64,000 bases of DNA from Dictyostelium discoideum (lineage: Eukaryota): NCBI GenBank assembly GCA_000004695.1, contig CM000154.2, positions 160,001-224,000 on the forward strand, in the 5' to 3' direction. The notes under the pieces are model-generated. The model had not been told where the DNA came from and did no database searches. It saw only the letters and a program-made list of their open reading frames with translations. Both the position numbers and the translations under genes were made by a program. Below are positions 29,077 through 43,056 of the stretch, piece after piece (the first letter of the stretch is position 1; every line of letters starts with the position of its first letter).

Positions 29077-29365
29077 ATGTTATTATTTGGAATTGCACAA
29101 ATTATTGTTACAAATGTTGTTGATTGTGAAAATGATCCAGATAATAGTTTTTCATTCCTTTGTTCAAATTCAGAAGGTGCATATTATGCTCCAATGATCC
29201 TTTTATTAGCTGTTAATGTAAATTTTACTATTTTTTAGTTTTAATTTTAATTTATTTTGACTATCATATACTAACTATTTTTTATTTTTTTAGTTGTGTG
29301 GCGCTGTTTTTGGTTTAATCTTAAGATATGTAATTGTTCATGACACAAAAGGAAACTATTATTAA
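29077..29365 (+). CDS. Small two-exon gene encoding a roughly 70-aa hydrophobic protein of unknown function. join(29077..29217,29294..29365).
   Basis: ATG...GCT GTT AAT|GTAAAT, a 76-nt AT-rich intron, then ttttttag|TTG TGT GGC... with stop TAA at 29363. Translation: MLLFGIAQIIVTNVVDCENDPDNSFSFLCSNSEGAYYAPMILLLAVN-LCGAVFGLILRYVIVHDTKGNYY. Both exons are below the 60-aa ORF-track cutoff. Codon usage and the GC-containing exon sequence contrast with the flanking A/T desert. Confidence 0.35.
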
Positions 29366-29436
29366 AAAAAAATAAAAATAAAAATAAAAAAAAAAAATAA
29401 AAAAAATAAAACAAAATAAAAATAATAAAAATTAAA

Positions 29437-29537
29437 ATTAAAATGATAAAAATATTATTGTTGGATTTTTATTGTTAAAAAACAATTTCAAATTAAAATG
29501 ATAAAAATATTATTGTTGGATTTTTATTGTTAAAAAA
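29437..29537. repeat. Direct tandem duplication (two roughly 45-bp copies, period about 55 bp) of aaaatgataaaaatattattgttggatttttattgttaaaaaa.
   Basis: Identical copies are visible at about 29437..29482 and about 29492..29537. Confidence 0.8.
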
Positions 29538-29972
29538 AAAAAAATTTCTTAGGATTCCACGAAAAAATTGATGACGTTTAAAATATCTATCACTAAAAAT
29601 TTGATTAATCAAATTTTTCATTTTAAAAAAAAAAATAAAAAAAAAATAAAAAAAAAAAATAAAAAAAAAAAATAAACTTTATGGATTTTATTAAAAAAAA
29701 AAATAAAAAAAAAAAATTATCATTTTTTCAAAACTCGAAAAAAAAAAAAAAATCATTTGGTTTTAGGAAAGATAGCAAAAAAAAAAATAATAAATTAAAT
29801 TTTTGCGTGTAAATTTGTGATTGTAATGTCGTGTGTTTTAATTGTAAATTAAATTGTAAATAATAAATAGTAATAAATAATAAATAATAAATAGTAATAA
29901 ATAACAAACAATAAATAATAATAATCTTAATATATAAAAAGAAAAGATATAAAAATATAAAAATAAAATAAA

Positions 29973-31154
<1,182 letters not shown>

Positions 31155-31928
31155 TAAAAGAATAAAAAAAAAAAAAAAAGAAGGAAAATATAAATTATAT
31201 TTTTCCATTTTTAAAAATATGTTTTTCATTTATTTTTTTTTTTTTTTTTTTTTTAAAATTAAAAAATATTACGGTATTTTGGAATTAAACAATAAAGATA
31301 AAAATATTAATTTTAAAAATAGAAAATAAATTAAAAATAGAAAAAAAAGATTTGTAAAAACTTTTTTTCTATTTTTATTTTTTAAAACCATAAAATTTAA
31401 TTTAAAATTAATTTTTTTTTTTTAAAATTAGTTAAAGTTTTTTTTTTTTTTTATTTATTATTTTTTTTTTCTAAAATTATTAGATCTAATAATTTTAATT
31501 ATATTATATTATTTAGTTTAAACTTTTTTTTTTTTTTTTTTTTTTTATTTTTTAAATTATTAAAATTAAAATTATGATGTCATATAAATAAAGAAAATGT
31601 AATTACTAACTGAAATTTCACAATTTCTTGAATGTCAGTTAATAAACATAAATAATTTAATTTTGATACTATGTTTAGAATTTTAAATCTTTATAAAATT
31701 TTAAATTATCCAAAGTAGGAAAATTTGGATTTTTTATAATATAATCTGTATTTTTAAAATGTTTGAAATATAGTTTTTATAAAACTATAAATAGGTTTAA
31801 AATTTTTTTTTCTAAGTCATTCAAATCAATTCAAATTAAAAAATAAAATAAAAATATTAAAATTACATTTTATAACATTAAAATAATAATTAATAATTAA
31901 ATAATTCAAGTGCTCTCAAAATTCAAAA

Positions 31929-32312
31929 ATGAATATTAAAAATTCTTTAATCTTAATTATTTCAACAATCTTTGTTTTATCAATGATTAATGGTGGTTTA
32001 ACTTCTGATCCAACTTGTGTTGGTGCTCCTGATGGTCAAGTTTACTTATTCTCTAGTTGGGATTTCCAAGGTGAACGTTATGTTTACAATATCTCTCAAG
32101 GATATCTCTCTTTACCAGATGGTTTCCGTAACAATATTCAATCATTTGTTAGTGGTGCTGATGTATGCTTTGTAAAATGGTATCCAAGTGAACAATATCA
32201 AATCACTGCTGGTGAATCTCACAGAAACTATGCCGCTCTCACTAATTTCGGTCAAAGAATGGATGCAATCATTCCTGGAAATTGTTCAAATATTGTTTGT
32301 TCTCCAAAATAA
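31929..32312 (+). CDS. Small secreted protein with a putative single beta/gamma-crystallin-like fold.
   Basis: Single exon. Signal peptide [22 protein letters not shown], then [36 protein letters not shown]...[10 protein letters not shown]. This resembles the Greek-key (Y/F).....F.G....L......S motif pair of beta/gamma-crystallins. Four Cys residues are present. Confidence 0.45.
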   Translation: MNIKNSLILIISTIFVLSMINGGLTSDPTCVGAPDGQVYLFSSWDFQGERYVYNISQGYLSLPDGFRNNIQSFVSGADVCFVKWYPSEQYQITAGESHRNYAALTNFGQRMDAIIPGNCSNIVCSPK

Positions 32313-32609
32313 TTTGATTACAAATTAATAACAAAAGTTTCACTTTCGATTGTTTCAATTTTAAAAAATAAACTTTAATTCTCACCATTTGATAAAATAA
32401 TTTTTTTTTTTTTTTTTATTTCTTTTAAAATTTCATACCTATTGTAGAATCTCTCTTTGTGTTTATCTAACAATTGCTAAAAAAATAAAAAAATAAAAAA
32501 TTTTTTTTTTAGTTTTAAAAAGTTAATAATTTTATTAATTGGTTTATAATTAAATAATCTTTTTTATTATTTTAATTTTATTATTATTTTTTTTATTATT
32601 ATTTTAATT

Positions 32610-35600
32610 TTATAAATTTTCAGAAGAAGCTTCATATAATGGATTGATAGCAGATCTACCACTTTCTTCATACATTGGATTTGTAGAGACAGCACCATCA
32701 GCAAAAGCTCCTTCACCAAAGAATGCATCTGTTGGTGGAGCAGATTTCTTTAATAAGAACCAAGCACCAGCGGCAAGTAAACCTGCACCAGCGGCAGCAC
32801 CAGCAATTGCACCAGTTAATACTGTTTTATTATTATTTTCTTTGGTGGTAGTAACTTCAGGTTTTGTTACATCCAATTCAACATAATCAGTTGCAGTCAT
32901 ATGATTTTTATCTCTAATTGATGCTGGTGAACTATAACCTAAATCATTAACGAATACTTTGAGACGATAAGAACCACCACCTTGGTGATTTACATACATT
33001 GTGGAAATTAAAGCATTGAGTGTCTTTTTATTTGATCTACAAGTGAATTGAGCGAATTCAGAATGTTTGGTGCATTTTGCTTTACTTTGTTGAGATAAAG
33101 AGAATGTTGCAATTTTATTTGAAACTAAATCGCCATCCTTGTTAACCAATGAGAGAATTAATTCAACATCATTATATTTACTGTCTGGATCATCAAATGA
33201 GACACCTGTAACAACGATTGAAGTATTGGCGAGTGAAGTATAGTTTTTATTTTCAATGGTAATGAATGGTGGAATATTCTTTTTTGAAACATCAACTGCA
33301 ACTGTGACTGGAACAGAGATATCACCCAAGAAATCTACCATTGAAATTGGAATACGAACATAACCATCACCAGATGAACCTGGAGTTGGTACAAAAACGA
33401 TATACCAAAAACCATCTTGAGCTACAGGAACAAATGTATCATCCTTTTTTATTAATTTACCCAAACCATCCTTAGCATCTTTATCATAGACATAGAGTAA
33501 ACCACGAAGTGGAGGACTGACAATATAAGATTTTAATTTTTCTTTTGGATCGTCAATATCAGTGCCATCATATTTAATAATGACATAAGAGTTAGTTTCC
33601 ATTTTAACAGTCTTAAATTTATCGAATGCTATAACATTATTTGGTAGAGTTGAAAGAGTATGTTCAATTAAGATGACCTCTGGTGCTTGATTTACTGGGA
33701 TAACATTGATGATAATGGTATATTTTTGGGATTCAACTTCTTGACCATTAAATTTATCATAGAGTACAAATTCAATAATGGCATAATTATCACCATTTTC
33801 ATATTCAATTGGTGTAAAACTAAAGGTATATGGTTGAGATGTGAAGTTTATGTTAATATCAACTGGATTTGGTTCAGACATACAACCTTCAGTACCCATA
33901 CAATGAGTGGCATATAATGAACCCCTGGAAACGATCGATTTAATTCTTAGGAAAACATTTGAACCACCATTACCAACGATACCAGAAATACTGAATGGAA
34001 GATCAGTATTTTCTTTAGTGTATAAAACAGCTAAACCCTCATAGGTTGGTGGATTTCTTGGTTCAATAAAGAATGAAACAGTACCAATATTTGAAGAGAT
34101 ATCATTTTTACTATCTTTTGCAACAAAATTGAAAGAATCGGCTGGTCCAACATGGCCTGGTTTATCCCAATTGGAATAACCTGCAACTGGAGTATAAACA
34201 AAATCATCAATTGCATAGGTTGAAGAGATTTCAGCTGCTTTTCCTGTTGATTTAATTGTAAGGGTACCTTTTGCTGGAAGGGATCTAATTACAGCCCTAA
34301 CATTTGAATTATCTTCAAGATCGGTGGCTTTTACTGAGAAACTAACGGAACTATCTTGATTTAAGGTTTCATCTGATGATTCTGCTTTTGGTGGAACATT
34401 AATATATCTAAAGGTGATTGGGCCAGTTGCAATATTTGAAACTGCATTACTTGAATCATAACATTTTGCATCGAATGAATCACTGAAATCATTATAGATA
34501 TTATTATTTGAAGTTATGATGTATTTATTATCTGATAAATCAGTTGGTACAGTATCGATTACTTTACCAGCAGAGGTTTTAATAATGGCAGTTGCTGGTA
34601 ATTTAACGATAGTGCAATGGAATACAGTATCTATTAAATCAATATCTTTTGGTGTTAATTCTAAAGTTTTTTCAGAAGTTTGAGAGGTGAAATCATATGG
34701 ATCAATTGAAAGGGTTGGTGCATGATTAACATGTTGGACTGTGATTTGAGTAGTCTTTGGAGTTGCATCTCTCTCACCCATACTATCCTCAACAGTATAA
34801 GAAAAACTATCTGTACCATAGTATAATGGATTTGGTTTATAGAAAATCTTGTATGGTGCATTACCAATAATTGGTGCTTCACTTGTTGAACTACCTGATT
34901 TAACTAAGATAACTCCATTCGTTGGTTTTTGTATTATAATACCTTTAAGTTTACCTTGATCTAATTCATCTGGGTCGATACCATCAATTACCAATTCATT
35001 GGAAATATCATCTTCATTCATTGTGAAATTTGGAATTTGATTTACAACTGGTGGGGCATTTGGACGATCACCATTGATATTGATTAAAACTTTAAATTTA
35101 TCACTAGATAACTGGCCATCATTGGCAAAGAATACTAAACTTGCATATGAATTTGCATTTACGAGTGGGGATGAATAACAGATTTCAGAGAATGATGCTA
35201 CACCACCAGAAATTGAAACTGGTTGGGTTGTAAATGGTGCGGTGAGTTGTGATCTATCATCACATTTAAAGAAACTATCACCTCCACCCAATTTGAGGTC
35301 GTCTAAAGTAAAAATAACACTATCAGAGTCGGAATCAGAGGCTGAAATAGTAATTTTAAGTTCTGAATTTTGTCTAATTGTAAGTGGTGTTACAGCGAAT
35401 GCAACTGGTGGTTTATTGAAATGAACAAATTTAACCTTGAAAGAACATGAAGATGAAGAATCTAATGAACCATCATTAACTTTGAAATCAACGGTAATTT
35501 CTTTGTCATTTGCAATATCTTTAGTTTGTGTGAATGTAAGAGATGCAGAACCAGAGGAAAGTTGTACACTTGATCCAGTGGAGACTACATTGCTACCACT

Positions 35601-37228
35601 TTTAATGTTACCATAAGCTGAAATAGCAGTTAAGTCACCAAATACAATTTTTAAATTTGAATCGGTTTCAATATCACTACCTTGTAATGAGAAAGATTTT
35701 GGTGTATTTAATCCAGTAACTGAAATTGCAGAACCTGAAAGACTTGAACAAGATGGTGCTTGATTTACATGGGTAATTTTAATTTCAACGGTTGCTTCAT
35801 TACTATCTAAACAACCATCATTAGCTACAAATGTAAATTTATCATTGGTAGATTTAGTGTAATAATTGGTGGCTGGTTTAAAGGTAAAGGTTTTTTCAAT
35901 TGAGAATGAATCACCTTGTTCAATGGTTACACCATCAGCTTGAATTACACCAACAGATGCGGCTGGAATAGTTTTAAATTTAATAGTTAAAGTATTTCCA
36001 TCAACATCACTACCTGATAATTTAAAGTTATAGTTTACATTTTGTTTGGTTTCAATTGAATAGCCTAAAGCAGTTGGAGCACTATTATAGTTGATAACAA
36101 TTCTAGTTATACCAAAACCTACAACAGAGTAAGATACAGATGGGTTTTGAGGAATATCTGATTGACCTTGTGGATATTTGATTTGAATTGGAATAGTGTA
36201 ATCTTTTGAATCTTCGATACTAATTGTAGTTGCTGATGGAAGTGTTAAAAATCCTTTGGTATCATCGATTGCTTTAACAACTGCTTTGCTTAAAACATCC
36301 TTGATAGCACTAGTAGCTACTGATACCCAGTCATTACCTTTAGCGTTTGAAGTTTTTTTAGTTGAACCAAAGCCTTGGTTTTTGAAAAGGGTATCCCAAT
36401 TTTGATTATCATTAAAACTAACAACAACTGGTAAAATGGATTTACTGATTAAAGTGGATGTAAATTTAGAAACTTCTTGAGCAGTGGCTGAATAATCATT
36501 ATCAGTTAAAAGAACAATGATTTTAATTGAACCTGTGCTCCAACCAGCTGGAAATTCTGCAGCACTTGTAAGTGCAATGAGTGAATTTTTAGTAGAGTAC
36601 GATGAAGCAGGTGCTTTATCTTTATCATCCAAACCACTAAGACCATTACCAATTGATTTCTTTAAAACGAATGAATAACCATTGGTTTTGGCATCTGAGA
36701 ATAAACCTAAACCAATTGAAACAGTTTCACTAATATCTTGGAGGTTTTTAGTTAAATCAGATGAATACTTTTTAAAATTATCCCAATATTCAACGATACT
36801 TGGTTGAGAATCAACAAGAACCAAAACTTCAAATTTATCAATTGTTTCTGGAATACTAAGTTTAGATGAAAGAGTTAAAGCTTGTTTTGATGGATCGGTA
36901 TTTAAGTAAACTTGAGCAAAGTTTGGATTGATATAACTTGATTTAGCTACTGATGAATCGAGAACAACATTTTCTTTGTTTGCATTACAAACTTGGTTAA
37001 CTTTAATATCACAATTTTTACCTTCCCAACCATAGTAGCATGTACATTTACCATTACCTTGGCTGCCTTCATTGGACTCACCATTTACACATGGATCTAC
37101 TGGGTCACATTTTTCACCATAATGTCCTTTTAAACATTCATAACAATTCTTTTCTGGATCCCAACCTGTTTCACAATTACAACCACCACCTGGTTTATTA
37201 GTACCATGACCACAAATTGGTTTTTCTA

Positions 37229-37272
<44 letters not shown>

Positions 37273-38397
37273 AAGTGTTAATATTTTCTAAGATATAAAA
37301 AAAAAAAAATAAAAGTATTTAAATATAAAATTCTTACCAACTGAAATTGAAAAAGAAGTAATAGTTGAGACTAAACCCTTATTATCAGTACAATAAGCTG
37401 AAATAACATAAACACCAATATGTTTTAATTGTGGTAACATTGAATAAGTAAGAGTTGAAACTTGTTTATTTTGATCTGATGAAGTAAGAGTAGCAGCAAG
37501 TGGAATATTTGCAGGTTGAATAAATACAGTTTTAGATTTTTCTTCAGTTTTACATTGAATTGAAAAAGAATTTGTTTTGTTTACTTCATATGCAAGGAGA
37601 GAACCATCTGTCGGAGTTGGTGGATAAACAAAAACTGGTGGGAAAGAAGAACAAGTGTTACCGTTTGAGTCTGTTCCTTTACATGATTTACAGCCCGAGT
37701 TACCATTGCAAGTATTTCCACCATTGCTACAAGATGGATGACAAACACCTGGCTCTATGACTGAATTAATGAGGAAATCAACTACAACGTAAGCACCCTT
37801 GGTATCTTTGATCATAATTTGAGTAGAATAAAAACCAGAAACGGTTGGTTTAAATGATACTATGCCTTTGCTGCTATCGATACTTAAACCTGATGGTTGG
37901 TTCATGGTGTAGGCATTACTGAGAGAATATGTGAGTGTATCACCATTTGGATCAGATGCTGCGATAAGGAATTGATTATTTTTATCTCTATTTAAAGTGA
38001 TAATTGGGACCATACCTGAAACTGGTGAACGATTGAAAGTAGATACATCACTACCTTGATTTGGATCAACAACCACTGATGTGGAAATATACCAACTACC
38101 TTCTGCATTGTTTAACAATGATTTAATTCTGCAACAATCAGTAAAGACTACTTTATATGTGACGGCTTTTCCACCTAATTTTATTGGGTTATAAGTGTGT
38201 GTGTATGAAAACTCTCCGGTAAACCAATCATCGGCCTGATTAACTGATGTTACTACTAAATTAACATCAACTTTAGTTTTATCATCTCCAAGGTCCAAAT
38301 CACCCACTTTAACAACATCACCAACATTGCACCCTTTGTTAAATTTTTTGAAAAAACCTATACGAAATGCATAATTTGAAGAAAATTTTATAGTATT
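32610..38397 (-). CDS. Sib-family (similar to integrin beta) type I adhesion receptor: VWA domain, repeated Ig/cadherin-like beta-sandwich modules, Cys-rich EGF-like stalk, Gly-rich TM, cytoplasmic tail with two NPxY motifs. complement(join(32610..37225,37338..38397)). The 5' end is not resolved.
   Basis: The C-terminus reads LTGAIAGAAAGAGLLAAGAWFLLKK (GxxxG-rich TM), then ...VSTNPMYEESGRSAINPLYEASSENL (two NPxY). A VWA-like region includes FEVLVLVDSQPSIVEYWDNFKKY...LGLFSDAKTNGYSFVL. Cys-rich EGF-like segments are CHPSCSNGGNTCNGNSGCKSCKG and PICGHGTNKPGGGCNCETGWDPEKNCYEC. The intron runs from G|GTAAGA to aaaaatag. The upstream exon is open to an acceptor at 38398. Beyond that lie (ATT)n and a possible 9-codon first exon (38538..38564, MSWMPMGSH|GTAATG) that does not look like a signal peptide, so the true start is unknown. 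Confidence 0.7.
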
Positions 38398-38398
38398 C

Positions 38399-38400
<2 letters not shown>

Positions 38401-38472
<72 letters not shown>
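38401..38472. repeat. (TAA)24 microsatellite in the 5' intron / leader of the Sib gene.
   Basis: Perfect 3-nt periodicity is visible. Confidence 0.9.
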
Positions 38473-38473
<1 letters not shown>

Positions 38474-38857
38474 TAGGATAAATATTATTTTTTTAAAGAA
38501 TTAATTTATAAATAGGTAATTTTAAAAGATACATTACATGTGATCCCATTGGCATCCATGACATAGTACCAAAACGGAAATGTGTTGCTATTCAAATAGA
38601 AAAGGTTGTTTACATGGTTAGTTAAATTAATTTAAGAAAAATAAAATGAAAAAATAAATAAAAGAAAGGAAGGAGGAAAAAAAAAAAAAAAATGAGGAAA
38701 AAGAAGGAATAAGAATTTGTTTTATTTTTTTAAAAAAAATATTTTTTATTTTATTTTATTTTTTTTTTTTTTACTATTATTTTTATTTTTTTTTTACTAT
38801 TTTTTTTTTTTTACTATTTCCTATTTTCAAGTCTGAAAAAGCCATTTTTTTTTTTTT

Positions 38858-38896
<39 letters not shown>

Positions 38897-39072
38897 CAAA
38901 CCGTGTACAAAAATATTTAAAAATAACAACCCTTTCCCAACTTTAAATAAACTTTTAAACCAAATAAATAAAGGTTAAAATTCTATCCATTTTTTTTTTT
39001 TTTTTTTTTATTTAATAAAAAAAAATTAAAACAAAAATAAAAGTTTTTTAAAGAAATAATAGTACAAATAAA

Positions 39073-39115
<43 letters not shown>

Positions 39116-39500
39116 AAAAAAAGAAGAAAAAAAAAAAAAAAAGAAAAAGAGAAAAAAAAAAAAAGAAAAAAAGAAAAAAAAAGAAAAAAAAAATCACAAA
39201 TAACCACGCGGTTTGGTTGTTTTTTTTTGATTGTTGTCCTCCAATCAAAACTATTTTTTTTGATTTTCAAAAAAAAAAAAAAAAAAAAGTAAAAAAAAAA
39301 TTTAAAAAAAAAAAAGAAAATGAATAGAATTTTATTGGTGTCAAGATATGTAAAATTTTAATTAAATAAAAACAAAGCTTTAGATTTTTATCTTTATAAT
39401 TAAAGATTTTATATTCTTTTTTTTTTTTTTTTTTTTTTTATTTTTTTAAAAATAATTTTATTTCATCTTTTAATTTTTTTTTCTTTATTTTTATTTGTAC

Positions 39501-39550
<50 letters not shown>

Positions 39551-39756
39551 CTTATAAAATTCAAATAAGGTGTACAATTTTGTGATTTTCGGCAATTAAA
39601 AACAAAAAAAAGTGACACCTCGTTGCTAAATTTTTAAAATATTTTTTTTTGTTTTTTTTTTTGAAATATTTTTTTTTTTTTTTTTTTTTTTTGGTTCGCT
39701 TTACATATCTGGTGGGGATTTTTTTTTTATTTATTTTTTTTATTTTTTTTTTTATT

Positions 39757-42700
39757 TTAATTGTCATAAATAAATTTTATGTTATCCAAAAATAATGATG
39801 GTTGATTTAATTCTAAAGAGTTAATAATTGATAATCCATCAAAAGATGAAATGAGATGGATATGATTTTCAGGTAAAAGATTTTTTAAATTTTCAAATAA
39901 AATCCTGACCAAAACCCACGAGTTTTTTTTAAAATAATTTTTATCAATTGCAAAGGGCTGAGATTTTAATTGATTGGAATTGATAGAATAAAAAAGTTGG
40001 ATTGAAATTCTTTGATTTGAGTTTCTATTACCATTGACCCAAATTTCAAAATATTTTATACCAACCGACGGTATGCAATGGTTACATTTAAATTGAATTT
40101 GAGATTTTGAGGTTGGATGATAGGGAAGGTATGCATTACCACGATATGCATATTCACTATTATGGATTATTGATTTATCCATTTGAAATGAATTTTCAAA
40201 TTTTCTATTCACCACTTCATCGAATAGAGTGAAACTACTTCCATATGCCAATGATTGACAATCACCTGTTACTCTACCACTATTTTTACCACTAATTTTT
40301 ATAACCAACTCTTCACAACCATATTCTGGGCAATAATTTAAATGATCTTTTGAATTGTATTGATAATACATTATATAGAGCATTGATGTAATTTCATTGA
40401 AATAATAAGTTGATTCTGAAATTAAATTCATTGAAAATGTTGGATATAATTCTTCAACAAAATTACTATTACCATAGGTACCATTAACAGTTTTCAATAC
40501 CTTCAAATTTATTCCTTTTGAAATACCAATACATATACCAAATGTAAATTTCTCACTTTGTTTCCAATTCATTGGTTGAACCCTAAGTATTGGTGGTGTT
40601 GGATGATTTGGGAAATGAAAATCATAATGATGATTTTTAAAAACTAAAAATTGAAATCTATTTCTTGGTGAGTGATTTGGTAAACCAATTTGTTCAATTT
40701 TTTGATTTTCAATATTATCTCTAATTGCAACAACACTTGATGATAATGATAGATAATTTGTAGAGTTTGTATCATCATTACATATATAAATTTGTCTTGT
40801 ATCTTCTTTACAAATTAATGCGTCCCATGGTTTTTTATAATAGCAATTATTTGTTGAATAGAATAATAAATTTCTAACTAAAATTGAATTTGATAATTTT
40901 GTAGTACTACCATCTAAATCTCTTAATGTTGAAATTTTATCACCATCCATTAAACTTTGTTCAAAATGAATTTCTTTATCAACATTTATATATTTTATAT
41001 TTTTTATAGTTGTTTCACTTGATGATTGCCAATCGTTAAATCTTAAGAAACCAATTGCACTTGAATTTCTAAATAGTGGTGGTAAACTTTTAAATTCTGA
41101 GAATACCATTGAATCTAGTGAAATTGTACCATCATAAATTTCAAATCCTCTTATTGGCATTAACCCATTCTCACCATATGGATTGGTCCTACCATTAACA
41201 ATTGGAATATTATTTGATTGCTGACCAATATTATCACTCTCACCAACTATTAAAGATTTATAAATATATTGACCAACATTTTGGTCTCCAGGAATTGTAC
41301 CTTCACTTGCAAATGTAAAACCAATTGCATTGTCAGCAATTTTAAAATTTTTCATAAATAAAAATCCACCCCTTGCCCAACAACCTCTCCATTTATTTTT
41401 ATAAATTGTTGCACCATTAAATATTGAAGGTGAGGGTTTTGAATTTGGATTTTTAGGATTTGATCTTGGTTTATATCTTGCATTTATCATTGAATTTAAT
41501 TGTTGAGGTTGAGTTTTACTTGGCGGAGTTAATTTAACACCACCATCAATTTGAATACCATTTGTGCACGAATGAACATTATTATTATAAAATTTCTTTA
41601 CAGGTATTAAATAAGGTTTAATATTATATTTTATACCTCTTTCATGACTTAAACCACTTGGATAATCCGAAAATAAATACCAAATACCGGTTGAATCAGA
41701 ACCCGATGCAACATTATCAATTAAGGTATTCCAAGGATTTGATATCCAAAAGGTTGAAACTGCATTACATTCTGTGCATTGTGTTGGATTACCATTGAAA
41801 TCATTTGGTTGAATTCTAGAACACATATCACATGATCTGTCATGAGGAAATAATAAACCATATCTAGTGACAGCACCTAAATTATGAGAGAATACATTAT
41901 CCATTTCAATACCATCACATAACATATAGCAATGACCAATTGAATCGAATCCAATATTATCATGAATTAATAATCCATCAGTGGAATGAACGACATAACA
42001 TCTTGAAAAAGATTTATGTACTGAACAATGTTTAATATATGCTGGATTTTCATAGCCACCCAATTCATCTACTCTATCACAAAGATGAAAATGAATTGGA
42101 TATCTAGAAACTACATGTGATTGTCCAACATTAAATAATTCAATGCCAAAGAAATGTGCATTTACAAAACCTTTTCGAATCATTATATGAGCACCAAATG
42201 AATCAAATGGAAAGAAATCACAAACTAATTTATTATTTACACAAGTTTTACCAACTTGTCCTTGAATTTTAATATTTCTAGTTAACAATGCAACTTCAGC
42301 TCTTTCATCAACACCTTTTGTAATTGAACCCCAATGAAGATATTTTATTGGATTTTTTAATTTAATTTGATTTGTTTTACATGTTGAACATTTAACAATA
42401 AAATTGGTTTCACTCTGTTCCATATCATAATCTGTACTTGTTATTAATATCTCTGATCCAATTGGCCAATCATTGACATTATCCAATAATGTTAAAATGT
42501 TTTTATTTGAATTAAAAGTTGATGGTGAAATTGTAGAGATTAATTTTGTCCAAGTTGTTTTAGTCACTTCACTATGAAGTTCAATTGTACCACCATTATC
42601 AATACCAATTACTTTTTGACCATATTCATTACCATTAATTGTTTGATTTATTTCAGTATAAATTGAATCACCAATTAGAGTTATTGTTGCTTTATATTTG

Positions 42701-43056
42701 AATTTACATTGTTCACTTCCAATAATTAGTTGACCACCATCATAAATAAGTATTGCTTTTACTCTCAATTCTAAATTATTTATATGCTTCCATACTAACA
42801 TTCCTTTATCAAAAATCCTAATAACATCTAAATCTGGTGGTTTAATATCCATTAAAATCGGTGTTGTAATATTAATTGATTCTCCTTTAATTGGTAATTT
42901 CAATTTTTTCCAACTTTTATAATTTGACCATTTTTTTAAATTTGGAATTTCATCTGGACATTTAATTAAATTAAAGTTATCATTTCCATCTATAACATAA
43001 TTTTGTATTAATATTAAAAAAATAATTAAAATTAATATTAAATTAAAAGACATCAT
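39757..43056 (-). CDS. Secreted G8-domain protein with a right-handed parallel beta-helix (PbH1) region, CEMIP / TMEM2 / fibrocystin-L-like.
   Basis: Single 1099-codon exon. Signal peptide MMSFNLILILIIFLILIQNYV. The N-terminal G8 pattern reads KKWSNYKSWKKLKLPIKGESINITTPILMDIKPPDLDVIRIFDKGMLVW...LRVKAILIYDGGQLIIGSEQCKFKYKATITLIG. Glycine/asparagine-rich repeats of beta-helix type follow (HFHLCDRVD..., IHDNIGFDSIGHCYMLCDGIEMDNV...). Confidence 0.6.
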   Translation of the reverse strand: MMSFNLILILIIFLILIQNYVIDGNDNFNLIKCPDEIPNLKKWSNYKSWKKLKLPIKGESINITTPILMDIKPPDLDVIRIFDKGMLVWKHINNLELRVKAILIYDGGQLIIGSEQCKFKYKATITLIGDSIYTEINQTINGNEYGQKVIGIDNGGTIELHSEVTKTTWTKLISTISPSTFNSNKNILTLLDNVNDWPIGSEILITSTDYDMEQSETNFIVKCSTCKTNQIKLKNPIKYLHWGSITKGVDERAEVALLTRNIKIQGQVGKTCVNNKLVCDFFPFDSFGAHIMIRKGFVNAHFFGIELFNVGQSHVVSRYPIHFHLCDRVDELGGYENPAYIKHCSVHKSFSRCYVVHSTDGLLIHDNIGFDSIGHCYMLCDGIEMDNVFSHNLGAVTRYGLLFPHDRSCDMCSRIQPNDFNGNPTQCTECNAVSTFWISNPWNTLIDNVASGSDSTGIWYLFSDYPSGLSHERGIKYNIKPYLIPVKKFYNNNVHSCTNGIQIDGGVKLTPPSKTQPQQLNSMINARYKPRSNPKNPNSKPSPSIFNGATIYKNKWRGCWARGGFLFMKNFKIADNAIGFTFASEGTIPGDQNVGQYIYKSLIVGESDNIGQQSNNIPIVNGRTNPYGENGLMPIRGFEIYDGTISLDSMVFSEFKSLPPLFRNSSAIGFLRFNDWQSSSETTIKNIKYINVDKEIHFEQSLMDGDKISTLRDLDGSTTKLSNSILVRNLLFYSTNNCYYKKPWDALICKEDTRQIYICNDDTNSTNYLSLSSSVVAIRDNIENQKIEQIGLPNHSPRNRFQFLVFKNHHYDFHFPNHPTPPILRVQPMNWKQSEKFTFGICIGISKGINLKVLKTVNGTYGNSNFVEELYPTFSMNLISESTYYFNEITSMLYIMYYQYNSKDHLNYCPEYGCEELVIKISGKNSGRVTGDCQSLAYGSSFTLFDEVVNRKFENSFQMDKSIIHNSEYAYRGNAYLPYHPTSKSQIQFKCNHCIPSVGIKYFEIWVNGNRNSNQRISIQLFYSINSNQLKSQPFAIDKNYFKKNSWVLVRILFENLKNLLPENHIHLISSFDGLSIINSLELNQPSLFLDNIKFIYDN

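Noticed and set aside
28757-29123. ORFs 28757..29062 (-) and 28809..29123 (+)
   Set aside because: They run through poly(A)/poly(T) and the anomalous G-run segment. The translations are K/F homopolymers, and the region is probably intergenic or low-quality.
39561-39767. ORF 39561..39767 (-), K-rich, and ORFs 39048..39270 (-)
   Set aside because: They lie in the poly(A)/poly(T) desert between the Sib gene and the G8 gene and are homopolymer translations. I looked here for a Sib signal-peptide exon and found none convincing.
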